Source of the DNA: Plasmodiophora brassicae
Taxonomy: Eukaryota
Assembly: GCA_036867785.1 (NCBI GenBank)
Contig: CP145418.1
Coordinates: 248,001 to 312,000 of the forward strand
Direction of reading: 5' to 3'
Length of the DNA stretch: 64,000 nucleotides
Shown here: positions 11,303-22,189 of the stretch, in pieces
How the letters are laid out: each line of letters begins with the position of its first letter
Position numbering within the stretch: position 1 is the stretch's first letter
Translations under genes and position numbers: made by a program
The notes under the pieces: model-generated
What the model was told of the DNA's origin: nothing
Database searches by the model: none
Seen by the model: the letters and a program-made list of their open reading frames with translations, nothing else

Positions 11303-12270
11303 TCACGTCTCCGTCGCCCAGGCCGGGCGCCCGTCGTGTGTGTACAGGACCAGGTTGCCGTCGCCCTGCATGACGAGGACGGCCGGCAGCTGCGCGTTGG
11401 CCGGGCCGTTCCACGACCAGACGGTCTGGCCGGCGCCCGTCACGACAGCCATGTTCGAGTTCGTGATCACGAAACGGCAGTCGGTGCCCAGGTTGGCCGT
11501 GTTCGACGCCCAGAACGCGTAGTCGCGCCCGCCGAGCTTGCCGACCTCGACCAGGTTGCAATCGGGCTGAATGACCAACCTGTGCAGGACGTCAGCGGCG
11601 CCGCCAGACGACCAGCTGTCGCCCAGGCAGATCGTCGAGCTTCGCCGCCTGCGGGACCGGACGACCCAGAAGACAGAGGACCACCCACTTGTAGTGCTGC
11701 GTGCCATGGTTGACCAGGTTGATGATGTACTGGCCGGGCAGAAGCATCTGGACGGTCTGGACCCGGTCCGTCCCAGGGGCGCGCACGAAAGCGGGAGCCG
11801 GCGCTGCCGTCGCTGGGGGCGCCTAGGTCGACGCGTCGTTGCAGACGCCGACCGCCGCGTACGACTGCCCTTCGTGGCACTGGTCGTCGTACAGGCAGCG
11901 GTTGCAGCCCGACCTTGGGTCGGCACGCACGTGTTCGTCGTCGTCGCGCCGGCGAAGTTGGCGATGACGTAGGCGCGGACGGCCTCGAGCGCGTTCAGGC
12001 TGTTGTGCAGCGCCTCGATCTGGGCGTTGTACGCGTTCTGGCGCGCGCTGATCCCCTCCTTGACGTTGGCGATGTACTGGTTCTGGTTGGCCAGGTCGAC
12101 GTGGACCGCCTCGAGCCGCGTCTGGAGCTGGGCGAGCTGCGCCTGCAGGTTGCGTAGGTCGACGTTGTCCTGGTCCAGCTTCTTCTGCAGAGCGGCCACG
12201 TTCGTCCCGAACTGCGCCAGGACGACGTCGCCGGCCGCCTGGTCCAGCTCGGCGCAGTGGCGCGGGCATC
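11303..12270 (-). CDS. Coiled-coil + bulb-type (GNA/B-type) mannose-binding lectin domain protein
   Basis: DRVQTVQMLLPGQYI...YK|LVIQPDCNLV...WASNT...VWS...LVMQGDGNLVLY...AWAT, containing QxDxNxVxY motifs. N-terminal heptad-rich helix. The 5' end and one junction are unresolved. Confidence 0.7.
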
Positions 12271-12803
12271 TGGCTCGATGTAATCAGGGACGTAATGTCT
12301 GCTTCCAGTGGACTGATTCCGAGGTGAACGAAATATCCCACAGTGCCAATGGCTTTAATTTGTATCCTCTCAAGAGTATCCATTCGATGAGTGGGTTTTC
12401 CAGTCATCTATAGGCGACCAGCGTGCCTTCCGACGACGCCTGCATGGTACCGACATTGGAACATGGTTCGCCTTTCTTGATGATAACATGCCTGCGTCCC
12501 GTGTAATTGCATTGTGTACGTATCTGCAGAAAGAGAACTATGGCCACCTCTGTATACGACTCCTTGCTGTATGATAATGGGAAGTGATCGAGACGGTCCC
12601 AGTTGACACGCGCACTAACGTTTCATCGTCAATCTGGACCCTGACGAACTCCAGTGACTCGCAGAGTTTTTGAAGTATGGTAGTGAACAGTGTCTGCGCT
12701 CACAGTGGTAACACCAGAAACCTGTCCGAGACACTGCAATACGCGCTACAGCGGTTGCAAACCACATGGGGCAAACGCCGGAGTCGAAAACAAAACGGTC
12801 ATC

Positions 12804-12876
12804 TGCCACCTGTGGGATTCGAACACACGATCTTTCCCTTACTAAGGGAACGCCTTACCAACTTGGCCAAGGCGGC
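12804..12876 (-). tRNA. trnT-AGU: tRNA-Thr(AGU) copy 1
   Basis: GCCGCCT/AGGTGGC acceptor stem, anticodon arm TTCCC-TT-AGT-AA-GGGAA, GTTCGAATC T-loop, and a downstream T-run terminator. Confidence 0.95.
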
Positions 12877-13070
12877 TGACGGTTTGGATCGAATCAAACC
12901 TGTCAAGACACGCAGTTCGCATGGCCAAAATCGCAACGGAAACGCAGAAACGTTTGGGCACCAGCGAATGGGGCTCCTCTCTGTGAACATGGGGCCATGG
13001 ACGCATGGTCATGATGTGGATACTGGAAAATGCGGCAGAGCACGCCGGAGGCGAAAACAAAATGATCATC

Positions 13071-13143
13071 TGCCACCTGTGGGATTCGAACACACGATCT
13101 TTCCCTTACTAAGGGAACGCCTTACCAACTTGGCCAAGGCGGC
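13071..13143 (-). tRNA. trnT-AGU: tRNA-Thr(AGU) copy 2
   Basis: Identical to copy 1, with similar flanks. Confidence 0.95.
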
Positions 13144-13319
13144 TGACGGTTCTGGCGTCGCCTGCAGTTCAACCGGTTTGATACGATGTAACACGGAGAG
13201 GCAGCAAGAGGGCTGGCCCAAACAAGCGGAGCGCGACCTGTGTGGTTTCTGCCCTCCAAAGTTCGAGCAACAGGCAGCAAGAGCGCAAAAGTTTGCATGA
13301 GAGTGCAAAAAAAAACATG

Positions 13320-13392
13320 TGCCACCTGTGGGACTCGAACACACGATCTTTCCCTTACTAAGGGAACGCCTTACCAACTTGGCCAAGGCGGC
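13320..13392 (-). tRNA. trnT-AGU: tRNA-Thr(AGU) copy 3
   Basis: One T-loop substitution (TTCGAGT) relative to copies 1 and 2. Poly-T terminator present. Confidence 0.95.
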
Positions 13393-13993
13393 AGCTGCCT
13401 GGTTCTGATCAGATCAGCCCACCATTTTGACTTGTATGATTTCGCACTCAAAATGGCCCTCTGTGAAACCGCTACGAATTGACTGTCTGAACGCAGACAG
13501 TGCGCAACGTGGGTTATCACCTCGCCACATATTCGTGGAATGCCCAAGGTCAAGGTTAACCACTAATTAATGACTAATGAGCCGCATGGCAGCAGTCCCA
13601 GGATACGATACCCGTAGGGTTACCAAACGTCCAACCCGACTCCTGTCGCCCTCGAGTAGGTTCTTTTAGTCGCTTAGGCATGCAATAAAATCCGTTATCC
13701 CGAGGGGGCTGATGTATGCAGATCTGGCAGTATGAACGGCGCCGTCCGAACCCGCGCTCTTTGCCGTGGTGTTTGATATCTGCATATCTGCAGGAATACA
13801 TCATATTCCCGTCACACGCGTGGTGCTGGTGATTCGCGAATTGTCTTGCTGGAAGCAACCTGCTGCAAGTGTTGCAGACGGTTTGTGACTGATCTCAGCG
13901 CCACCCCGGTGCGCCGGGACGCAACTCCTTCGGGCGGATCAAACGTGCGATCCGCATCGGTCGAAAATTGCCGAACCGAGCTGCCCTTGGCCA

Positions 13994-15419
13994 ATGATCG
14001 TCGCACAACTAGTGCACCTGGTGCTTTTGACAGTTGCCAGCGCACAACCCCTAGCCTCAGTGTTCTCTGCATCGGGGTCATCCGGACCCGTTATATTCGA
14101 AGGCGCTGCGGGGGCTCTCCCCATCAGTATCCCGTTCTCACTGGACTGGCGCAACGCCTTCGCCTTCATCGTTATCAACGATACGCGTCCGGCTGCCATC
14201 GTCAACATTGGCGATGGATCCGTCGCGCTCCCCTTATCCACGTCCAGGAGCACACAGTTCTTCCTGTCCACCAACCCGGAGTACGATGGGCGCCCGGTCG
14301 ACGCTGCATGCAATCAAACCGGAATGGGCCCCTGCAAGATGGCAATAGCTATCAGAGGGCCTGCCGTCGGCTCTATACCCATTGTAGTTAGAGCGCTACA
14401 GGGCACGCTCCTGCAGCCTGGCCATGATACCCCGGGTCAGCTGTCTACCGGCGGCGCCGCCATGGCATTCGGATTGCGGTTTCAGCAGAATTGGTTGCCG
14501 GCGCTGGTCACACTGCAACCGGTGAGAGAAACGTCATTGTCTCGGCAGCTGCGTCCCTAATGCAATGTCAGGCTGGCGGCGCTGATGTTGACCTCGTCGT
14601 GTGCAGTTTCGACGGCCAGATGGACGGCGTCTTCGACCGAAAGTTCCCGCTCCCGGGGAACGAAAATCAGGCCCCGCCAGGCAGTGCCCAGCGCGTCCTC
14701 GTGCAGAGCCTAGCGAGTTCCTTCATCCGGTTCGATGTTCCCTTGCATAGCAATGGCAGATCCGATTTCCTGCTCCGCTTCGACAGCAACTGTCGGTACC
14801 CACGTGTGGTCGCCCTTAGACCGTCCTGATCCGTCGTGCGCACAGATGACTCGTTCGACGTGTACCAGTTATCTCTTGCCGGGACGATTGGCGCCGCAAT
14901 CCTGCTTGCACTTTGTATGATCGCCGCGCTCTGCGTTATTCTGGCGGTAAGGCCTCGGGCGTTTGCCAGCTGATGCTGCTTCTGATCTTGTCGTCAGAGA
15001 CGGAACCATGGCGTCATGATCGAGATGTACGCGTCGCCAGTCATTCAGGGCTTGTCGCCCGACGACATCGATGCGAACACGCAGAAGAAGAAGGCTGGTG
15101 ACCTTCGGTTGGAACCAGCTGATTCGCAGTACGTCGCGCGCAAATGAACGCATGGCCCGAACCGCCCTGATATCAGGCCTTTCAGGTGCGTGGTCTGCCT
15201 TGACGACTATAGTTCGAGCGATGACCTGCTCGTGCTCCCTTGCGGTCATCATTTCCACAACAACTGCATCAGGACGTGGTTCACCAACCACGAACAGTGC
15301 CCGTAGGCGACCCTCTCCTGCCGGATTTGCTTATCGACTGACACTGCGCCAGACTGTGCAACCGGAGGGTCAACCAGGCATCATCGCCATCGGTCGCTGT
15401 CCCGATCGTCCGGCAATGA
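13994..15419 (+). CDS. Transmembrane RING-H2 E3 ubiquitin ligase (multi-exon)
   Basis: Signal peptide MIVAQLVHLVLLTVASA, a luminal domain, a TM segment near 14880-14950, and CVVCLDDYSSSDDLLVLPCGHHFHNNCIRTWF...CP|LC. Confidence 0.85.
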
Positions 15420-15468
15420 AATATACCCTAGCCAACCTGTCGAATCGTTCGCCGTTGCGCTGTATTAC

Positions 15469-17239
15469 TCATAGACGCCAGGCGGCGGCCATCGACGCGA
15501 AACGCTGATGGACCGTATTGTTGTGCTCCCTGTTGTTGAACAACGACCGGTATACGCTGACGACCTTCTTGATGGCCGTCCCTCGTCGCCCCACTGCATA
15601 CCCTTTCGGGCGCCCTGTCGCCGGCGGAGTCGGGCAGAACTCCATCGGTACGACAGTACGTGCACTTTTCGGTACCGCTGCCGTCCCTGAGATCGCCATC
15701 GGTAATCGCGCCGTTCGGGCTCCAGTTCCTCTTCCATGTTGGGACGCTCTTGGACGCGCGTAGATCTTGGCAACCGGCGACGTTGGAGACAACCCTTCCG
15801 TACGAGTCGTGGTGCGCCTCGCTGTTGACGGCGGGACCGGCGTGCGACGTGCGCTCGCCTTCATCGGCGTCATCACGAACTCCGTCACCGTGCGGTCGAC
15901 GCTCGTCAGCGGCAGCACCGGGACCTTCCTCGACGAGACAGGATCCGGCAGTGCCGGCGCCGGCGACACGCCGTTTCCTAGCAGCATGTCGCGATCCAGG
16001 ACGCCGACCGGCACACGTCGCCTGGAGGAGGTGGGCCGACGGGACGTGATAGCGCCGGACGGTTGCGGCGGAGGTGCGGGGATGAACTGTCGCTGCGTCA
16101 CCGAGCCGGGCCGAGGCGCGCCACGCAGTGCGGGTTGCAGCCCGAGCCGGTACCGATACAGCAGCAGCTGGTACGTGCCGTGGTTGTGGTCGTGGCGCTG
16201 GTGCAGCACGCTGTCGACGACGGCGTTGATGTCGTAGCGCATCTCGCGCATCTCGCTGATCACGTCGTCGCACAGCGGGTCGTCGGCGCAGCCGTGCTTG
16301 CCGGGCGCGATCGTCCGACCCGGGTCCGTGTCGCACGACACCTGTGCGTACCTGGTGGATGTCAGCCCAATGTTCCCTTTGAACGACGACGCCGGTCAGG
16401 TAGTACCAAGGGTGCAGGCGGATCTCTTCGACGGTGAGGCGCCGATCAGGGTCCGTGTTCAGGATGCGGCTGATCAGATCGCGGACGGCAGGGGATATGA
16501 AGTCGGGACATTCGTACTGCCCGCGGCAGATCTTCTTGTACAGGGCCGATGTGTTCGGGTCCTCGAACGGGAGGTACCCGCAGACGAGGGCATACAGGAT
16601 GACGCCCGTCGACCAGATATCGCTTTGGCTGCCGCGATAGGGCTTGCCCTGGATCATTTCGGGTGGCGCATAGCACGGCGACCCGCATGCGGTGGAGAGT
16701 AGGCCGCTGCTGGAATTCTGGATGTTGCCCAGGCCGAAGTCGACGATCTTGACGTTGGACTGGGCGTCGAGGAGCAGGTTCTCCGGCTTCAGGTCGCGGT
16801 GGATGACGTTGGAGTTGTGGCAGTACTCCATGCCGTTGATGATCTGGTGGAAGAAGACGGCGGCGGCCTCCTCGTCGACCCGGTTGTGCTTGACGATGAA
16901 GTCGAACAGTTCGCCGCCGGACGCGTACTCCATGATCAGGAACACGAAGCGCTTCGTGTCGATGACCTCGTACAGGTTGATGATGTTCGGGTGCTTCAGA
17001 TGCTTCAGGATGTGTATCTCGCGGGACACCCGCTCGACATCGTCGACGTCGACGATCCTGCTCTTCTCCAGGATCTTGATGGCGACCTTGACCCGTGTCA
17101 GGCGGTGCACGCCCTTCTTCACCTTGCCAAACGTCCCTTCCCCGATCGTCTTTCCGATTAGGTAATATTGGCTGATCGCTTTGTACTGCGAGTAAAGCCC
17201 ACGTTGTCGCAGGAGGGACGACGGCGGCGGGTCGTGCAT
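15469..17239 (-). CDS. SNF1/AMPK-related (CAMKL) Ser/Thr kinase
   Basis: IGEGTFGKV, VAIK, HRDLKPENLLL, DFGLG, TACGSPCYAPPE. The C-terminal UBA-like and disordered exon continues in ORF 15469-16341. Confidence 0.92.
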
Positions 17240-17553
17240 CGTCCTCGTCGATGGCGTTTCAATTTAGCATGCGTCTGGGAGACGACGAGCGCGTGACGTG
17301 GTGCCCAGCCAGTCGCTTCGACGCGACAAGGCTCTTCGCTACAGATTTGTCGTTAAGGTCGATCCGGACACCTACCCCATGCGATCGATCGTGTCACATT
17401 TACGCCTAGCGATCAATCCCTAATCAAACGGGCAACACAATAATGTATATTCACTCTACGTCCATTTGATCCATTCGGGACTGCTGATCTTCGGCGCCGT
17501 TCCGTCGTTTCATCTCCTGAAACATTTGCTGACGCGCTAACCTCTCCAGCAAA

Positions 17554-17860
17554 CTATGCGCAAGAACGCGTTAGAACGGGCATCAGCACGTACGCCATGA
17601 AGCCATACCTGGAAGAGGATAATAACGTGTCGATACCGGGGGCGTCCTCGGGCGCCATGCGTCGGGGCGGCGGCTGGGGCGGTAGACGGTATTCGACGGG
17701 CGGCGGTACGAACACGGGCTCCTGGATCGCCAGTTTCCGCACCGACTGCTCGAGCTGGACCAGGTTCGCGGGTGCTGCCGCACGCTGCTGCCGATGGGCC
17801 GGGTCCATCGCAGGCCAGCCGCCGTCCGCACGCGCCGATGTCACCGGATCGACGATCATC
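17554..17860 (-). CDS. Possible small hypothetical protein
   Basis: ORF with coding-like GC content, but no family recognised and the end is uncertain. Confidence 0.3.
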
Positions 17861-17995
17861 TCGACATTCGAGCTACAACAGCTGTCCTCCACAGTCCACT
17901 GGCGCTGTCGCCCAAACTGCGTCGGAATATTCCGCAGAACTCCGGGCCCATGTTCCAACAACGAATGTTTTCTCGGCGACACAACACCGAATAGG

Positions 17996-19408
17996 TCATA
18001 CGACTTTGTTTAGCGATTGGGCGATCTCGGAGATGACGGGTCGGATGGGAACCTGATGGTAGCCATCGCGGTCGGAAGGTTGGACGGGGACGGCGACGTA
18101 CCGGCAGCCGATGAAGCGGGAGATGAACTGGAAGTGCTGGCGGCCGGCGTATTCCGGCGGCATCAGCTCGATCAGGGCGGCACCGCCCCTGGCGAACAGG
18201 ATGTGAGTCAGGCCGGCGCCGTGCACGCCGACGACGACCGTGGCGCGGTGCACAGCGACGACTTGTTCAGAGACGTCCATCTCCTCGAATGCGACTTTCT
18301 CCACGTCCACATCGGGGAACGCTTGTTGTGCGGCACCCACGAGCTCGTCCTCGTTGCGAATCTTTCGCTCTGCCTTCCGCGCACCTATCCGTGGATGTGC
18401 CAGGTAGTCTCGTCGAACGACAAAGAGGATCACGGGACGCTTGGGAACAACAGCAGCAGGTGGCCCTCCCACGTGCTCCATGAAATAGTTCGCGAAATGA
18501 ACGAGAGCAGGATGTCGACTGCACTGTGAGCCGACCTGCATGGTACCGAGGGACAGAGCGCTTGTGTACCCAACTGGCACGAAGACAGCATGACGGAAGC
18601 GGACCCGCTGTGGCAGCGACGAGATGTAGACAGGTTCGACGCCGAACAAAGCGCCCCAGACTTTGTCGAGAGCACCGCTGCTGTGCCCGTCAACGAACAC
18701 GATTCGAAGAGGCCCGTCTCGCTTTGCGTCACCGATTGCCATCATCCAGGCCTGGAACGTGTTGTACCAGTCCGTCATCGTATGGTACAGGTTCGCGTAT
18801 TCGTACCGAGTCACGAGCAGTGTGATCCCGTCAAGAACGTCATCGCTGGCGCCGTTTGCTATGCTGCTCAACATCAACGCCAGATGATGGGGGAAAGTGT
18901 TGCCGTCGAATCGTTCCGCTGGACAGGACCCGGCATCAGATAACGCTAGAGCGCCTTTGCGGTAGACCGGGAATTCCTCTGCTTCATCGCGCCCGGCGAC
19001 CTCCTCAATGGGTTCACCACCCGCCGACACCGAAATAAATGATCGATCGATGACCAGGTCGTCGGCAACGCAGAGCGTCGCCAATGACGTCGGATTCCTC
19101 GAGCAGCGTAATGCCGGCGAGCATTCGGCGACGGCATCGCTAAACCCATTGGCGAACAGCCTTCCACAGGTCGATGTCTGCGGCTCTGTCCATACGGAGA
19201 CATCGAATGAAAGACGGCGTTGAGGAACTGAACGCGAAGGCGCATCCGTCGCAAGAACGTCGTCGGCTTGCGGTTTGGGAGAGAAGGTGCCCTCCAGCGC
19301 ATACATGATGAAGTACGCCTGGATGAGCACGGTCGCGCCGAAGCCGATCGTCAGCCCGACCACGACACATCGGCGGGTTCGTACATCGCCCTGATGTTGC
19401 AATCGCAT
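17996..19408 (-). CDS. XYLT: Glycosyltransferase family 61, beta-1,2-xylosyltransferase-like (type II membrane, intronless)
   Basis: N-terminal TM, GGEPIEEVAGRDEAEEFP, LVTRYEYANLYHTMTDWYN, FVVRRDYLAHPR, GVHGAGLTH. These match plant XYLT motifs. Confidence 0.85.
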   Translation of the reverse strand: MRLQHQGDVRTRRCVVVGLTIGFGATVLIQAYFIMYALEGTFSPKPQADDVLATDAPSRSVPQRRLSFDVSVWTEPQTSTCGRLFANGFSDAVAECSPALRCSRNPTSLATLCVADDLVIDRSFISVSAGGEPIEEVAGRDEAEEFPVYRKGALALSDAGSCPAERFDGNTFPHHLALMLSSIANGASDDVLDGITLLVTRYEYANLYHTMTDWYNTFQAWMMAIGDAKRDGPLRIVFVDGHSSGALDKVWGALFGVEPVYISSLPQRVRFRHAVFVPVGYTSALSLGTMQVGSQCSRHPALVHFANYFMEHVGGPPAAVVPKRPVILFVVRRDYLAHPRIGARKAERKIRNEDELVGAAQQAFPDVDVEKVAFEEMDVSEQVVAVHRATVVVGVHGAGLTHILFARGGAALIELMPPEYAGRQHFQFISRFIGCRYVAVPVQPSDRDGYHQVPIRPVISEIAQSLNKVV

Positions 19409-19802
19409 TGCTGATCCGGGTCGAGGCTTCGCGCCAAGCGGTTGCCGCGCACCTTTGCGCGCATGCGGCCATGCGCCGCCGTTTTTTGTAATACGTGGGT
19501 GCTCTTCCAGCCTGGCCGAAGCGAACAGCTCAGGGTACGTGCTGAACTGCTGGCCGTTAGTCGCAGCAGGCACTACAGCTTTGGCAGGCCTGTCGTCAAA
19601 GAACGTGACGGGGCATCTGGTACCTGGCAACCGCCATCGGGGAGGGGCCATGCCCACTGGACAGGCGGTCGCAGGACGTGTTGCCTGGTCAATGGTCAGT
19701 GTCCACCCAAAAGGCGGCAGAAAAATGGCGGGCGTTTTGAGGCGTTTTTGAAGTTTGCGTCGCCCCCTGCGGGTCACCTGCAGGCAGGCCTTGGATGCCC
19801 GC

Positions 19803-22018
19803 ATGGCATCGTCAACAGCGACGCTGGCGCCGGGCGCCGTCGTCGTCGAGCGGAGCACCGGGCAGGCGGATGGCCGACGGTACACGGTTGGCAATTTGCT
19901 GGGCAAGGTGGGTGGCCGAATGCGACCCGGGCGCTGACGCATGGGCGCTGATGAGTGACGGCCTGGCGCCATCAGGGAGGGTTCGCGATGTGCTATGAGA
20001 TGACGTCGATGGATTCGTTCAAAACGTTCGCTGGGAAAGTCGTCCCTAAATTGTCATTGTCTAATTCCAATGCGAAGACGAAGGTGTGTCGTGCACTGCA
20101 TCATCATGGCGGCTCCACTGACATCTGTCCAGCTCATCACCGAAATTCGCATTCACCGCAGCCTCGACCATCCGGGGATCGTTAAATTCCACCATTTCTT
20201 TGGTACGTTGCACCCAGCAGTGCTCGTTAAAGAGTCACCGAATGCCGTCATTTGAAGAGGACCCGGACAACGTGTACATCCTGCTGGAGCGTTGCAAACA
20301 CCAGACCTTGATGGAAATGGTCAAGTCACGTGGCAGGCTCACTCAGCCGGTACGAGTCTGCTTCACCACGACATTGGGGAGGTTTCAATGGTTCCCCTCG
20401 TGACGTGTAGGAGGCCCAGTACTTCCTCGCGCAAGTTATTGACGTGCTCGAGTATCTGCGGGCGCAACGCGTCATCCATCGAGACGTTAAGCTTGGCAAC
20501 CTGTTCCTGCACGACGAGCTGCGGATCAAGATGGGCGACTTCGGCCTCGCCGCCAGAATCAGCGAAGACGGCGAGCGAAAGACGACGATATGGTAACAGA
20601 CCGCACCTGTATCAATCTGTTGACACCGATTAACGTTGATGGCAGCGGAACGCCAAACTACATCGGTGCGAAGCCTGCCTGCTCTCCTTGACGGCACCCG
20701 TCGCTGACCCGTTCCTCGCAGCGCCTGAAATACTGGAGAACCGCAGCGGCGGCCACAGTTTCGAGGTAGACGTGTGGTCGTTAGGCGTCATAACGTTTAC
20801 GATGCTGACTGGTAACGGTTTCGCCTCCACCTTGCTTTTGTCGTGTTGTGACATTGCGGAAAGGGAAGCCCCCATTCGAGACGGCGAACCTGAAGGAGAC
20901 GTACGCTCGGATTCGTGCTAATTCGTACGAGTATCCCGTGAATGTATCGATTTCTGCATCGGCCAAGGACCTAATTTCGAAGATGCTGGTTCTTAATCCC
21001 GAGCAGCGAGCGACGCTCGCCGAGATTCGTCGTCACCCGTTCTTCACGTTCTCGAAAACGCCGACGTCCTTGCCTTTGTCTGCACTAACCACAAACCCAT
21101 TCGAAAAGAACCACGTCCCTTCGATGCCCAATTCGTCCAGCACAACCGACCAGGAGAATATCTACTCGCGCGCCGTTCGAAACGACCTTACTGCAGCGCA
21201 TCGAGCCATCGACAGCAGCTTCGTGAAGGAGCCACCCAGAAACCGACCTTCCCCATCGTGGCAAATTTGTACTCGCATCGTGAAGATACTGAACTACAGC
21301 AACAAGTACGGGATTGGGTATCTTCTGTCCAGCGGAGCTGTCGGGGTGTACTTCAACGACGCGACCAAGATTGTGCTCGACCGTCACGCAGCGTAATCAT
21401 CTACAGGTCTGCCGCGTTCACAGAGCTGACCGCCTGATTACGTCTACAGGACGTACACGTACTACGCCCGGCACGACGATGCTGGCGCCGTGCATCTCTT
21501 TGGTGGCACTGTACCGGATGATCTCCAAAAGAAAGTCACGCTTCTTCAGCACTTCCACAAGCATTTAGCCAGCGCCGATTGCCCTGCTGAAGCCGATGAT
21601 TGTTCTACTGGTTCGTTGGTCTCGTTTGCCACTGGCCTGTCGTGCATTGACAATCAGCAGTGGTTGTTCGTAAATGGGCCTCCACGAAGCGTTCGCTCCT
21701 GTTTGCGCTTAGCAATCGAGTTATTCAGGTAGGGTTTGCAGCGGGATGCAGCAAGAGGTGTCTGACTTGTTCTGTCGATGAAAGGTTATGTTTGCTGATC
21801 AGTCAGAGCTGCTGATCAACAATAACAGGATAGCGAGGTTCACGGATAAGGTGGTGCCCTAACCGCATGTCTCTACTGTACGCTGACGCTGGTGGTGTCT
21901 TCAGGACGGGAGCGCATTCACTTGCTGTTTAGACGGCGAATTTGGGGGCACTGATCGCCCAGATTTTCGACGTCGGCTGGAATATACGAGGAACATGTTG
22001 CGCCAAATGTCACAATAG
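19803..22018 (+). CDS. PLK: Polo-like kinase (many exons)
   Basis: LLGK|GGFAMCYE, FAGKVVPK, IHRDVKLGNLFL, KMGDFGLA, HSFEVDVWSLG, PPFET. Polo box NYSNKYGIGYLLS...GVYFNDATK and terminal RRLEYTRNML. Confidence 0.93.
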
Positions 22019-22189
22019 CGCAAAGCGAATACAATTTATAAACCATCAACTGGGCCGTTGGTCCTATGTGCACTCAGCGTGCAGGATGTCGTTGAGCAAC
22101 CCGCCGGAAGAAGGCTGGCCGTTCCTTCACTGAGTGACCGTGCACGTTGTCACACAGGTCAGCAGCGTTTGTCGTTGCACGAACGACCA

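Noticed and set aside
12677..13300. 207-aa ORF with an internal repeat (PPVGFEHTIFPLLRERL)
   Set aside because: It is the translated reverse complement of the tandem tRNA-Thr genes.
12804..13392. Direct repeats with unique spacers resembling a CRISPR array
   Set aside because: The repeats are 73-nt tRNA cloverleafs, the spacers are about 180-195 nt, the context is eukaryotic, and there are no cas genes.
15428..16360. C-terminal half of the 603-aa kinase ORF
   Set aside because: It is out-of-frame read-through. The real tail is likely the 15469-16341 frame after an intron near 16300-16350.
19409..19972. N-terminal extension of the GT61 ORF overlapping the Polo kinase start
   Set aside because: It has low-complexity UTR-like content. 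The Met at 19408 directly precedes the type II TM, as expected for a Golgi glycosyltransferase.
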